Origin: Macrostomum lignano
Lineage: Eukaryota
Direction of reading: 5' to 3'
NCBI GenBank assembly: GCA_002269645.1
Contig: NIVC01000666.1
Location: 186,001-250,000, forward strand
DNA length: 64,000 nt
The notes below the pieces were generated by a model. That model was not told where the DNA came from and did not search any database. It saw only the letters and a list, made by a program, of their open reading frames with translations. Position 1 is the stretch's first letter. Each line of letters begins with the position of its first letter. Position numbers and translations under genes: made by a program. Positions 1 to 11,818 of this stretch are shown here, piece after piece.

Positions 1-44
1 CAATAGCGAGTAACTTAAACACTTCGGCACCATCATTGAACCCT

Positions 45-1505
45 TTGCTCCCTCAGCCAAAGTCAATCAATATAGTATATGGTTTGGGACCTTCTGCTCA
101 CTCAGTCACGATCAATCAATATAGTCTATGGTTTGGGACCTTCTGCTCCCTCAGCTACAGTCAATCAATATAGTCTATGGTTTGGGACCTTCTGCTCCCT
201 CAGCCAAAGTCAATCAATATAGTCTATGGTTTGGGCCCTTCTGCTCCCTCAGCCAAAGTAAATCAATATAGTCTATGGTTTGGGCCCTTCTGCTCCCTCA
301 GCCAAAGTAAATCAATATAGTCTATGGGTTGGGACCTTCTGCTCACTCAGTCACGATCAATCAATATAGTCTATAGTTTGGGACCTACTGATCCCTCAGC
401 TACAAGTCAATCAATATAGTCTATGGTTTGGGACCTTCTGCTCCCTCAGCCAAAGTCAATCAATATAGTCTATGGTTTGGGACCTTCTGCTCCCTCAGCT
501 ACAGTCAATCAATATAGTCTATGGTTTGGGACCTTCTGCTCCCTCAGCTACAGTCAATCAATATAGTCTATGGTTTGGGACCTTCTGCTCCCTCAGCTAC
601 AGTCAATCAATATAGTCTATGGTTTGGGACCTTCTGCTCCCTCAGCTACAGTCAATCAATATAGTCTATGGTTTGGGACCTTCTGCTCTCTCAGCTACAG
701 TCAATCAATATAGTCTATGGTTTGGGACCTTCTGCTCTCTCAGCTACAGTCAATCAATATAGTCTATGGTTTGGGACCTTCTGCTCTCTCAGCTACAGTC
801 AATCAATATAGTCTATGGTTTGGGACCTTCTGCATCCTCAGCTACAAGTCAATCAATAAAGTCTATGGTTTGGGACCTTCTGCATCCTCAGCTACAAGTC
901 AATCAATATAGTCTATGGTTTGGGACCTTCTGCTCCCTCAGCCAAAGTCAATCAATATAGTCTATGGTTTGGGACCTTCTGTATCCTCAGCTACAAGTCA
1001 ATCAATATAGTCTATGGTTTGGGACCTTCTGCTCCCTCAGCTACAGTCAATCAATATAGTTTATGGTTTGGGACCTTCTGCTCCCTCAGCTACAAGTCAA
1101 TCAATATAGTCTATGGTTTGGGACCTTCTGCTCCCTCAGCCAAAGTCAATCAATATAGTCTATGGTTTGGGACCTTCTGCATCCTCAGCTACAAGTCAAT
1201 CAATATAGTCTATGGTTTGGGACCTTCTGCTCCCTCAGCTACAGTCAATCAATATAGTCTATGGTTTGGGACCTTCTGCTCCCTCAGCTACAGTCAATCA
1301 ATATAGTCTATGGTTTGGGACCTTCTGCATCCTCAGCTACAAGTCAATCAATATAGTCTATGGTTTGGGACCTTCTGCTCCCTCAGCTACAGTCAATCAA
1401 TATAGTCTATGGTTTGGGACCTTCTGCTCCCTCAGCTACAGTCAATCAATATAGTCTATGGTTTGGGACCTTCTGCACCCTCAGGTACAAGTCAATCAAT
1501 ATTCT
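45..1505. repeat. 49/50-bp minisatellite array (GTCAATCAATATAGTCTATGGTTTGGGACCTTCTGCTCCCTCAGCTACA), about 29 units
   Basis: Unit read directly; the ORFs at 717-1641 are its translations. Confidence 0.97.
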
Positions 1506-2104
1506 GTGGTCAAACTATAACATGAACATAAGCAGCCCCTCTGTCTGTGATCATCTTTGCACTTACTTACGAATGGCCCCTTCATCAAAATCGAGCATCC
1601 ATTATTTCATTATGTTTCTTGGTCGCATGGCGGAACTGTAAACCCTTAATTTGCTTGAGCGAGGAAACAGATGTAAAAAAGCATTTCTCATTTCAATATA
1701 AATAAATAAAAAAAGAATGTATGCGAGATAAAAAGGTATCTCGCATACTTTTTTCGTTTCGAAAGAGACGTGGTTGCGCACACCAAAATCGAGCTTTCCA
1801 CCGCCGAGTTCTGTGTTAATTGCGCATAATTGTGTAGCCAAAGTCGGGCTGCCACAAGGTATTCACAATGCACGCAGAAAACTATTGAATTTACTCATGT
1901 AGTCTCTGAGTGTTTACACCCCCACCTCATTGCGCTTCATACAGTACCGAGCAGACAGCATAAAAGAAAATATAATTTCTTGGAAATCTCGAGCCCAAAA
2001 CGTAGCATCCGTCAGAAATTTGCTTGTAATTTTGAAAAACTAGAAGGACTCGTCTTGCCAGTATAAGAAGGAATTCAACAAAGAAAACTTTTTGCAAGAA
2101 TCAC

Positions 2105-3214
2105 GTAAGTTTTTCTTGATGTTTTTTCCAATTCAAGTTAAATGTACTTTAATTTAAGAAGCGTTTCTCTAGCTTATTGATAACATAAGCGCAGTCAAGA
2201 ACTTAGAACAAAATGATCCATCTAAAATGGATCTATTCACAAATAATCGATTCACAAATGATCTATTCACAAATGATCTATTCACAAATGATCTATTCAC
2301 AAATGATCTATTCACAAATGATCTATTCACAAATGATCTATTTACAAATGATCTATTCACAAATGATCTATTCACAAATGATCTATTCACAAATGATCTA
2401 TTCACAAATGATCTATTCACAAATGATCTATTCACAAATGATCTATTCACAAATGATCTATTCACAAATGATCTATCCACAAATGATCTATTCACAAATG
2501 ATCTATTCACAAATGATCTATTCACAAATGATCTATTCACAAATGATCTATTCACAAATGATCTATTCACAAATGATCTATTCACAAATGATCTATTCAC
2601 AAATGATCTATTCACAAATGATCTATTCACAAATGATCTATCCACAAATGATCTATTCCCAAATTATTTATTCACAAATGATCTATTCACAAATGATCTA
2701 TTCACAAATGATCTATTCACAAATGATCTATTCACAAATGATCTATTCACAAATGATCTATTCACAAATGATCTATTCACAAATGATCTATCCACAAATG
2801 ATCTATTCCCAAATTATTTATTCACAAACGATCTATTCTCAAATGATCTATCCACAAATGATCTATTCACAAATGATCTATTCACAAATGATCTATTCAC
2901 AAATGATCTATTCACAAATGATCTATTCACAAATGATCTATTCACAAATGATCTATTCACAAATGATCTATTCACAAATGATCTATCCACAAATGATCTA
3001 TTCCCAAATTATTTATTCACAAACGATCTATTCTCAAATGATCTATTCACAAAAGATCTATTCACAAATGATCTATTCACAAATGATCTATTCACAAATG
3101 ATCTATTCACAAATGATCTATTCACAAATGATCTATTCACAAATGATCTATTCACAAATGACCTATTCACAAATGATCTATCCACTAATAATCTATCCAT
3201 TAATCTATCTCCAG
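2105..3214 (+). other. Probable 5'-UTR intron of PLAC8-family gene 1
   Basis: Donor CAC|GTAAGT at 2105; acceptor CTATCTCCAG| ending 3214, 59 nt before the ATG at 3274; encloses the 15-bp array. Confidence 0.6.
2229..3205. repeat. 15-bp minisatellite (AAATGATCTATTCAC)n with recurring variant blocks
   Basis: Read directly; explains the NDLFT/MIYSQ/NRSFV ORFs. Confidence 0.97.
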
Positions 3215-3273
3215 AGCCACTGAAGCGATCGCAACTGCAGCCCCCAGCCCGACCCGCCGTGTCAAGAACCACA

Positions 3274-3804
3274 ATGGCCGAAGCCGCCCAGCCGCCGCAG
3301 GAAGATGGAGTTATCCAGAAGCAGCCACAGCAGGTGCAGCAGCAGCAGCCGATGCCGGGAGCCGGCAGCGACCCCTACAGGGTTGGTTATGAGCAGTCAG
3401 CAGGGAGTGCCGGTTACCAAATGACGGTCATCTCCCAGCAGCTGTACATAGGCCAATCTGCCGATGGCCTGCGCAACTGGTCGTCAAGCGTCTGCGGCTG
3501 TTTTGACGACTTTGAATCCTGCTGCCTGGTGTACTGGTGCTGCCCCTGCTACATGTGCTGCTGCCTGTCGCACAGGTTCGGCGAGAGCTGCTGCGCTCCG
3601 TTCTGCCTGTCGCTGTCCGGTCAGTCGGCTTCGCTGGTCTACCGCACCAAACTGCGAGCCGCCCACGGCATCCGAGGCGGCGCCATCGAGGACTGCTGCG
3701 TGACCACCGGCTGCTGTATGGCCTGCTCCGTGTGCCAGATGAAGCGGGAGCTGGACTTCATCGAGCAAACCACCGGAAAGCCGGCGTTCGCGCGGCACCG
3801 TTGA
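3274..3804 (+). CDS. PLAC8/cornifelin-family cysteine-rich protein, 176 aa, single coding exon
   Basis: WSSSVCGCFDDFESCCLVYWCCPCY...[19 protein letters not shown]...CSVCQMKREL is the PLAC8 (DUF614) signature; ATG at 3274 in ACAATGG context. Confidence 0.9.
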   Translation: MAEAAQPPQEDGVIQKQPQQVQQQQPMPGAGSDPYRVGYEQSAGSAGYQMTVISQQLYIGQSADGLRNWSSSVCGCFDDFESCCLVYWCCPCYMCCCLSHRFGESCCAPFCLSLSGQSASLVYRTKLRAAHGIRGGAIEDCCVTTGCCMACSVCQMKRELDFIEQTTGKPAFARHR

Positions 3805-4134
3805 AGGAGAGCCTTCGGCAAATTTCGGGATCGGGTCTCGCTTATCGACGAGTTATTGATTGAATTTCTGATACTTTATCTGTCCATGCCATTCGCTCTA
3901 CTTTTAGTAGGATCTTTTAATCAAACCCAATTTTTCAAATGCTTAATCAGCAAACGTTTTCTCGCTTAATAATGGTCGATTTATTTTTCATTATTAGCTC
4001 TGTATATATTTAATACTCCATAGGAAAACAAGACATTGATTACTCGTTCTCTGCGGGATCGCCTTATCTGCCTGCCTTGAGTTTTTCATTATCAGATATT
4101 CTGATTCACCTTCATGGGGGAGATCAAGGTGGGG

Positions 4135-4810
4135 AAGAGAAGATGGAGAGGAAGGGAGAGGAAGGGAGAGGAAGGGAGAGGAAGGGAGAGAAAAGGGGAG
4201 GAAGGGAGAGGAAGGGAGAGGAAGGGAGAGAAAGGGAGAGAAAAGGGGAGGAAAGGAGAGGAAGGGAGAGGAAGGGAGAGGAAGGGAGAGAAAAGGGGAG
4301 GAAAGGAGAGGAAGGGAGAGGAAGGGAGAGAAAAGGGGAGGAAGGGAGAGGAAGGGAGAGGAAGGGAGAGGAAGGGAGAGGAAGGGGGAGGACGGGAGAG
4401 AAAAGGGGAGGAAGGGAGAGGAAGGGAGAGGTAGGGAGAGGAAGGGAGAAGAAGGGGGAAGAACGGAGAAGAAGGGGGGAGAAGGGAGAAGAAGGGAGAA
4501 GAAGGGAGAGGAAGGGGGAGGACGGGAGAGAAAAGGGGAGGAAGGGAGAGGAAGGGAGAGGAAGGGAGAGGAAGGGAGAGAAAAGGGGAGGAAGGGAGAG
4601 GAAGGGAGAGGAAGGGAGAGGAAGGGGGAGGACGGGAGAGAAAAGGGGAGGAAGGGAGAGGAAGGGAGAGGAAGGGAGAGAAAAGGGGAGGAAGGGAGAG
4701 GAAGGTAGAGGAAGGGAGAAGAAGGGAGAAGAAGGGGGAAGAACGGAGAAGAAGGGGGGAGAAGGGAGAAGAAGGGAGAAGAAGGGAGAGGAAGGGAGAG
4801 GCAAGGAGAG
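4135..4810. repeat. Almost purine-only (GAAGGGAGAG)n-type array
   Basis: Read directly; nearly no pyrimidines on the + strand over about 670 bp. Confidence 0.95.
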
Positions 4811-5264
4811 GTACATAGACATGTAAAGCTTGTACATTGACACAGACATACTTTGTGCAGCAAAGGGAAACAGGTTGTATGTTCTGATGAAATATGCAAG
4901 CAGTTCTAACGAATATAATTAAAGCCAAGGAACCTATAGGCCTAAGAGCTAAGGCCTGAGCAAGATTTTGATTTGCAATATGCAAAAATAATACCTCAAT
5001 CAAACTGAGAAACAGTATCGGACCTTTATTTGCTGCATTTAATTTCAACTTCGCTATTTGCTGAACTAGAAAATTCGGGTTTGTGAAATTTCAGGTTCGT
5101 TAAGTTCAGTGTTGTGAAATTTCGGGTTTGAAAAAGTTCAGTGTTGTGAAATTTCGGGTTTGTGAAACCTTCCCCTACTACTTATGAAAACATAACTAAC
5201 ATAACAAAACCCTAATACATTTATGCAAAAATATTATAATATAATATACTGCACACTGAGCCAT

Positions 5265-5267
<3 letters not shown>

Positions 5268-5344
<77 letters not shown>

Positions 5345-5357
5345 TAGATAGATAGAT
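5268..5357. repeat. (GACA)n(GATA)n microsatellite abutting the 3' end of the Penelope-like fragment
   Basis: Read directly. Confidence 0.95.
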
Positions 5358-6310
5358 TTTAAAAGCAAATATAACCGGGTCTTCGTCAGGGTGTATTGTA
5401 AACTAAAAATCTGTGCAAATGGGCAAATTAAAACAGAGTTGAGTATTTATAGTGAGTATAGAAAGACGCGAGTAAAAAAAAATGATCAATATGGTTAGGC
5501 GGGCACGTTGCAACGCATGTGTACACCTGTACATCTAGTGCTCATCTGAAAAGAGGTTTGAGTTTTGGGCCTGACCATTAGTTACGACGGGCAGGTTGGA
5601 TGGACATAGCTCGTAGAATGTCCTTTAATGAGCGTGAGCGAGAATAGACGGCCGCCGTGTCCAGCTCTGCAGCGTGGTTTGAAATGGACGTGCGAATTTG
5701 ATGAACAACTCGCCCAGAGTGGTCCGTGAAAGGGATCACTATTGGGATGCAGGCGTCTTTTTTCAATTATGACGGTGTTTAAACCTGCCAGAGTCTGAGT
5801 CTGTAGTAAAGCGATGAGCTTCTGCTCCATATTCCTCCGCTTGCGTTGAGCGCCCTCTTTAGTGGTCAGGCCAGGCCAGTACTGAGGTACCACAGACCCA
5901 TAAAGCGGAGGTCCTGAATACTGTGGTTTGGTAACCGAAAGTGCCTGGAGATTGGGGTGTCCTTAGCCACTCTGATGTCGCTCAGGTGAGCTTGAAGTCT
6001 GACTTTGAGAGCGCCTCCAGTCTCACCTACGTAGATACAGCGGTCATTGCAAGTCTTGCACAGAATGGCATACACCACATTCCTGCGGACTTTTTGACAA
6101 ATTTTGTAAATCATATTTGTAGCGCTGGACCCTAAACAAACTTGGCCAAAGGCCCGTGCTCTCTGCAAGGACGGCAGCTTAGATTGCCACAATCCTGGAA
6201 GCCGAACTCCCACCGACCATCAATGCAGAAGCCTAGCTGGATGAGAGCAGATTTCTTGGCATCCCTGATTAAGCGGACAGAATATCCTTGATTCTTCAGG
6301 ATGCTTGTTA
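5358..6310 (-). mobile_element. Penelope-like retroelement 3' fragment (RT thumb end, Cys linker, GIY-YIG endonuclease), frameshifted
   Basis: Minus-strand pieces ILKNQGYSVRLI, GFQDCGNLSCRPC, NVVYAILCKTC...YVGETGG...RLQAH...RHF, EQKLIALLQT...GLN, IPIVIPF...YSRSRSLKDIL*. One frameshift is explained by a 5-nt TGGCC duplication near 5870-5880. Half hammerhead core CTGACGAAGACCCGG near 5375-5389. Confidence 0.8.
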
Positions 6311-6356
6311 AGCTGCTGCTGGCTCGTCAGCTTCACCATCGGCGCGACTTTGAGTA

Positions 6357-6820
6357 TTGTCTGGCCGAGCCGTCGGAGGCTGCCGCCGAGCTGTCGCGCA
6401 CCAGTACGAGCAGCGGGACTGTGCGCAACCGTTCACAGCCGCTGCTTCTTCGTCTGCATTCGCCGCTGCCGCCGCCGCATCTCCGTTTGTATTTTGTACG
6501 CGCGCTGGCAAGAAGATGTCAGTCAGCACATACAGCCACGCGGTGGAATCGCACGCTGCCCGCCTGTTAAATTGCAGAGGCGTAGGGCCGACAGTGTTCC
6601 GCAGCTCCAAAACGATCATCTTGACCGCCAGTCATCCTGAGCTGACAAGATCACTAGCCAGCCTGATGGAGACGTCGGAGGCTATGCTGTTTAGGCATTA
6701 TGCCACAGAATCTATGTTGTCCAATAAGACCAATATGCAGGCGACGATTGCTGCTCTGGTGGCTGGACGTGCCGCCGCCGTCGCCGCTGATGCTGCTGCT
6801 GAAGCCAGTTCTGTATCTAG

Positions 6821-6874
<54 letters not shown>

Positions 6875-7250
6875 GCAACAACAACAACAACAGCAACAAC
6901 AAAAGCAATCTGAGCATCGTCAGCAGCCACCATCCGGTAGTAGACGTCGTCGAAGGCCGCTGCCACAAAAGTCTAGCTCGGCGGAGGATGAAGCCGCCGC
7001 CACCGCAGCCGCCGCCGCCGCCGTCGATGATCAGCAGCTCGCTACTGTTGTTGACAGGCCAGATGAAAGCGGTGCAGCGTCGACGTTTCTTTCGCCTTCG
7101 CAGCCGACAACCTATGCGGATCAGAAGCTGCGGCGTCGGCAGGCAGCAATCGTGGCATCCAGCTGCATCGAGCAGATGTCCCCATCGCCATCATCTAGAT
7201 CGTCGAGGTTTTTGTTGCTCGACATCAGCTCGACATCAGTAAGAACTTAA
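6357..7250 (+). pseudogene. ORF with a degenerate tyrosine-recombinase-like C-terminal segment followed by polyQ/low-complexity tail
   Basis: FVFCTRAGKKMS...VGPTVFRSSKT...PELTRSLASLMETSEAMLFRHY resembles the box II to catalytic Tyr region of Crypton-like YRs; (CAA)n at about 6821-6903. Motif-level similarity only. Confidence 0.35.
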
Positions 7251-7820
7251 TTGATTGATAACTTTGACCATAAACGATAAAAATATTATTATAAAATTGA
7301 ACCTATTGAAACGCTCTATGTATACAGAACAGAGCTAGCACAAAATGGGGGCTCATTTTTAAGTCACAATATGTGGGACCAGATCACAGACGAAAAGAAA
7401 AAATTGGAGTTTTTATACACTACACAAAAGAAAATTAAGACAAGATTTACGTCGCAAAATTAGAGCGTTTCTTGAGGTAAATTAATTAATTAATAAGTAG
7501 CTATTAACATAACTAATTAATTGGTAATTGTGAAATCTAGATAATGCTCTTTTTGTTGTAACTTTCTCATCTCTCCTTTATATATAGGCCCCAATATTTT
7601 TCAATATTTTCATCTCATAATTACAATGAATCTGCGCCTCATATTGCGCGCGTTGTTGTGCTGTTTGTGCATCGTCGCTCGTTCTCTCCCTCTTTCTTAT
7701 TGTTTACACCCATTGTTATAACATATTCCTAGCGTTTATTAGACTAGTAGTATAGTGTTGGTTTTAATATTAGCAGTAGCTACTAGTTCGTTGGCTGGTT
7801 GGTTGGACAAGGTTGCAGGT

Positions 7821-8733
7821 TGGGATTCCAATCCCGGGATCCCGGGATTGGGGCCAAAAATCCGGGATTTGAATCCCGGGATTTTTTTGGGAATCGAATC
7901 CCGGGATTTCTAATCCCGGGATTGCAAAAGTCCGGGATCGGGATCCCGGGGTTTCAAGGCCTTAATCCGGGATTGGTCCGGGATTAGAACAACCTTTCAA
8001 TGCCTAAATTAGATAATTTAAAGTCTAAACGTTTATTTGAATAATAAAACATTTATTTGTTTTTGCTGTTTCTCAATGAAACGTTAAACATTTTGCAAAG
8101 CTCCTGTCCTAATTGAGCTAAAAATTGTTAATGTGAACTGTAAATGATAGATAATTTTAACTTTTTTTCGTTTTCCACCACGAGACGAGACTGAGGGCCT
8201 TTTCATAGTGCTTGTTCTGGTTCCAGAACCAGAACCAATTTGTGAAGTATAACTTTTTGTCTCCATAACTAGAGGGAGATACGTGCTATAAAGTTTTTAT
8301 CATTGAATGACAGTCGCCAAAAAGAAAGTGAAAAATCGTGCAAAGTGAGGCTGTTAAGGCAGTCAAATATTAACAGAGTTTAATAGTTATACTGCTGTTT
8401 TTCTTGGAATTCCGAACCGATTCTGGTTCTGGAATTGGTAATATGAAAAGGCCCTGAGACTCTGAGAGTCGCGAGACCATGACTACTGCACGCGGCACGC
8501 CGCACAGTCCGTCTTAGGATTCCAATCCCGGGATCCCGGGATCCCGGGATTGGGGCCAAAAATCCGGGATTTGAATCCCGGGATTTTTTTGGGAATCGAA
8601 TCCCGGGATTTTTAATCCCGGGATTGCAAAAGCACCGGGATTCCGGGATTTTGAATCCCGGGATTTCAACAGCATCGGGATTTCGGGACTATTCAATCCC
8701 GGGATTGTAAAATGTCGGGATTTTGGAATCCCT
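7821..8733. mobile_element. Non-autonomous DNA element with GGGATTCCAA...TTGGAATCCC ends and CCCGGGAT subterminal repeats (hAT-like)
   Basis: Two similar CCCGGGAT-rich blocks (7821-7985, 8516-8733); inverted terminal decamer. Confidence 0.55.
8195..8454. mobile_element. 260-bp MITE, 13-bp TIR GGGCCTTTTCATA, 3-bp TSD TGA (PIF/Harbinger-like), nested in the previous element
   Basis: TGA|GGGCCTTTTCATA at 8192-8207 and TATGAAAAGGCCC|TGA at 8442-8457. Confidence 0.7.
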
Positions 8734-10249
8734 ATGCAGGTTGAAGCGAAGGGTTGCTATCTATCTAGGGTATGTCGCGCACTATTTGGGAATTGTGATA
8801 AGCCTTAAAATATAGCCAATAGCCTTTCAGCCAGCCATTTTTATAAGTACTACAGGTTCATTATCTATATCTATATAATCTTTAAAGGGAATTAATTATG
8901 CTACGCACACTGCCGCAATTGTGCTATTACTCTTTTTCTATATTGCTTGGTTTGTTATTGTCGTATAGCTCACACTACCTCCAGTCATAATATATTCAGT
9001 CTCTATGTTTAAGTTCTATGATAAAACATAGTTACTCTTTTTGTCTATGGCCGCAACCGCATTCACACACTCTCTATGGCCCACAGTAACGCACTCGGCA
9101 GGAAAACATTGAATGTCCATATACAGGCTGGGGTTGACAATTTAACGCTCGCTTTAACGTGGCCAGACCAAGTTTATAGACAACTTTCAACATTGCGAAA
9201 ATTCGGGTTTGTGAAACCTTCCCCTACAACTTACGCAGACATCTTATTCTAATTTATTTTATAATATAATATACTTCAGCCAAGAAAACAAGCTATAATA
9301 AGTACGCTCGTATATAAAAGTTTATTAGTAACATTAAAACTTTAAAAAAAACGGGGCCCGCCTTTGTCCGTGGGCATTTGCAATGTACATTGGCGGCCCT
9401 CACTTATCTTTATTTGGGGCGGGGGTGGGGTGGGGAGTATGTACATTTGCGAACGACGAAAAAAACCAGCCTTTATATTGGAGGAACTTGAGGGGGAATG
9501 ACTGCCAAGCCAGCACCATTTCCAGGAAATTTAGCTTCCGGACTTGTTCCACCAGTCAAGCCAAGTTAAAGTAAAAAGTATAAACTAAAGTCAAAGAAGG
9601 TAAGATGTGATGTGATCTCTTCATTTTTGTAATCCTCTCTTCTCGCATATGATCTACTCCTATAGGTGATATAGAGAGACCTGGACTTGGACTTTCAAGA
9701 AAAAAACTATTGAAAAACTAATTCATCTTATATTTTCTGTTTCTGTTATCTCAGGTCGTAAAACTAAGGCATGCCGTTATAAACACCGTATGATTAGAAT
9801 ACTATAGCCAACGTCAGCCTTGAGCCAACGGCATTGATTCATTCGATAGATATCATATCTGTAATTGTTTGTGTCTACACTGCAGTTACCTCTTAGTCAG
9901 TCAGTGTGCATTCGCATTTCTTGGAAACACTCGTATTTCTTGGAAATTGGAATTCACAAAAATTGCAGAGCCAGAGTCCTAGACTGCTATACATGTAGCT
10001 AAAGTATAGAGTTTGTTGCGAATTAGAATAAATGTTTGAAGAAGCTATTAAAATGTACAACTGGTCCGAACTGAACTTAACTGAACTGGATACTGAACCG
10101 CAGCAAAGTGAGTCAGTGAGGCCTGCCTGGATATCGGAAACCTTTTAAGTTTGTGTAGGATTTCTTTCTCGATTGTGTATAGTATTCACTTATTCAACAA
10201 TTATTAGGCAAGTGCAGACAGACAACAAGACAGGCAGAGTCAGAGACAC

Positions 10250-11070
10250 TAAGACAGACAGGCACTAAGACAGACAGGCACTAAGACGGACAGACGCACC
10301 AAGACAGACACAGACACACCAAGACAGACTGACAGACACACCAAGACAGACAGACAGACAGACAGACACACCAAGACAGACAGACACACCAAGACAGACA
10401 GACAGACAGACAGACACACCAAGACAGACAGACACACCAAGACAGACAGACACACCAAGACAGACAGACAGACACACCAAGACAGACAGACAGACGCACC
10501 AAGACAGACAGACAGTCGCACCAAGACAGACAGACAGACGCACCAAGACAGACAGACAGACGCACCAAGACAGACAGACAGACACACCAAGACAGACAGA
10601 CAGACAGACAGACACACCAAGACAGACAGACGCACCAAGACAGACAGACAGTCGCACCAAGACAGACAGACAGACGCACCAAGACAGACAGACAGACACA
10701 CCAAGACAGACAGACAGACAGACAGACACACCAAGACAGACAGACAGACAGACAGACACACCAAGACAGACAGACACACCAAGACAGACAGACACACCAA
10801 GACAGACAGACACACCAAGACAGACAGACAGACGCACGCACCAAGACAGACAGACAGTCGCACCAAGACAGACAGACAGACGCACCAAGACAGACAGACA
10901 GACACACCAAGACAGACAGACAGACAGACAGACACACCAAGACAGACAGACACACCAAGACAGACAGACACACCAAGACAGACAGACACACCAAGACAGA
11001 CAGACAGACGCACGCACCAAGACAGACAGACAGACAGACACACCAAGACAGGCAGACAGACGCACCAAGA
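10250..11070. repeat. Compound (GACA)n-CACCAA array inside a probable 5'-UTR intron (about 10108-11113) of PLAC8-family gene 2
   Basis: Read directly; donor AAA|GTGAGT at 10108, pyrimidine tract and CCCCAG/CAG acceptors at 11113/11116. Confidence 0.9.
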
Positions 11071-11129
11071 CACGCAGCCAAAGCACTGTCCCCCTTTTCG
11101 CGCCCGGCCCCAGCAGCTCCGAAAGCAGC

Positions 11130-11690
11130 ATGGCTCGCTACGAACCGACCGCCCCGCCGCCAAAGTATGACCAAGACGAGGACCAGCAGCAGCAGCAGCG
11201 CTGGGTGACTCAGCAGCAGCCAACGGCATCCGGCATGGATCCCTACCGAGTGGGTTACAACCAGCCGTCAGTCAACATGGACAGAAGTGGCGGCAGTGGC
11301 GGCGGCACCCACGTGATGGTCAACCTGGGCAACGTGGTGACTAACCAGCCGCGCCAGCTGCGCACCTGGTCGACGAGTCTCTGCGGCTGCTGCGAGGACA
11401 TGAGCTCCTGCTGCCTGGTCACCTGGTGCACCCCCTGCTTCTTGTGCTGCAGCCTGTCGCCGAGAATGGGCGAGAGCTGCTGCGCCCCGTTCTGCCTGTC
11501 GCTGTGCGGCCACTCAGCGCCTCTGGTCTACCGCACCAAACTGCGCGCCGCCCACGGCATCTCGGGCGGAGCCATCGACGACTGCTGCGTAACGAGCGGC
11601 TGCTTGCTGCCCTGCGCTCTGTGCCAGATGAAGCGGGAGCTGGACTATATCGAGAGAAGCACAGGCCAGCTGGCCTTCCAGCGGGTGTGA
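11130..11690 (+). CDS. PLAC8/cornifelin-family protein 2, 186 aa, single coding exon
   Basis: [25 protein letters not shown]...[19 protein letters not shown]...[10 protein letters not shown]; shares DPYRVGY and most of the domain with the 3274 paralogue. Confidence 0.92.
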   Translation: MARYEPTAPPPKYDQDEDQQQQQRWVTQQQPTASGMDPYRVGYNQPSVNMDRSGGSGGGTHVMVNLGNVVTNQPRQLRTWSTSLCGCCEDMSSCCLVTWCTPCFLCCSLSPRMGESCCAPFCLSLCGHSAPLVYRTKLRAAHGISGGAIDDCCVTSGCLLPCALCQMKRELDYIERSTGQLAFQRV

Positions 11691-11818
11691 TGGCTCTGCC
11701 TTCTGTTGTGCAGTAACAATAACCTAACAATACTTTGCATAATCCCCAGTTTTTCCCTGTTGTCAGCGGTTTTCGGGTTCACTTTGCGGCTGTCAGGATG
11801 AAATCCAAATATTTCAAG

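Noticed and set aside
45-1505. CRISPR-like array
   Set aside because: Units are contiguous with no unique spacers, there are no cas genes, and the context is eukaryotic.
2227-3804. 525-aa NDLFT-repeat/PLAC8 fusion protein
   Set aside because: The repeat is stop-free in several frames by chance of its 15-bp unit and is bracketed by a GTAAGT donor (2105) and CAG acceptor (3214); the paralogue lacks such an extension.
3994-5048. Long ORFs from the purine tract (also 10249-11229, 12549-13720, 17013-17639, 23718-24419, 25402-26610, 44448-45519, 54580-55147, 61023-62453, 62786-63694)
   Set aside because: Translations of micro- and minisatellites, open in several frames and on both strands, with no domain content.
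5866-5885. Selenocysteine/UGA read-through in the PLE ORF
   Set aside because: The frame after the TGA is not homologous; a 5-nt TGGCC duplication explains the break as a frameshift.
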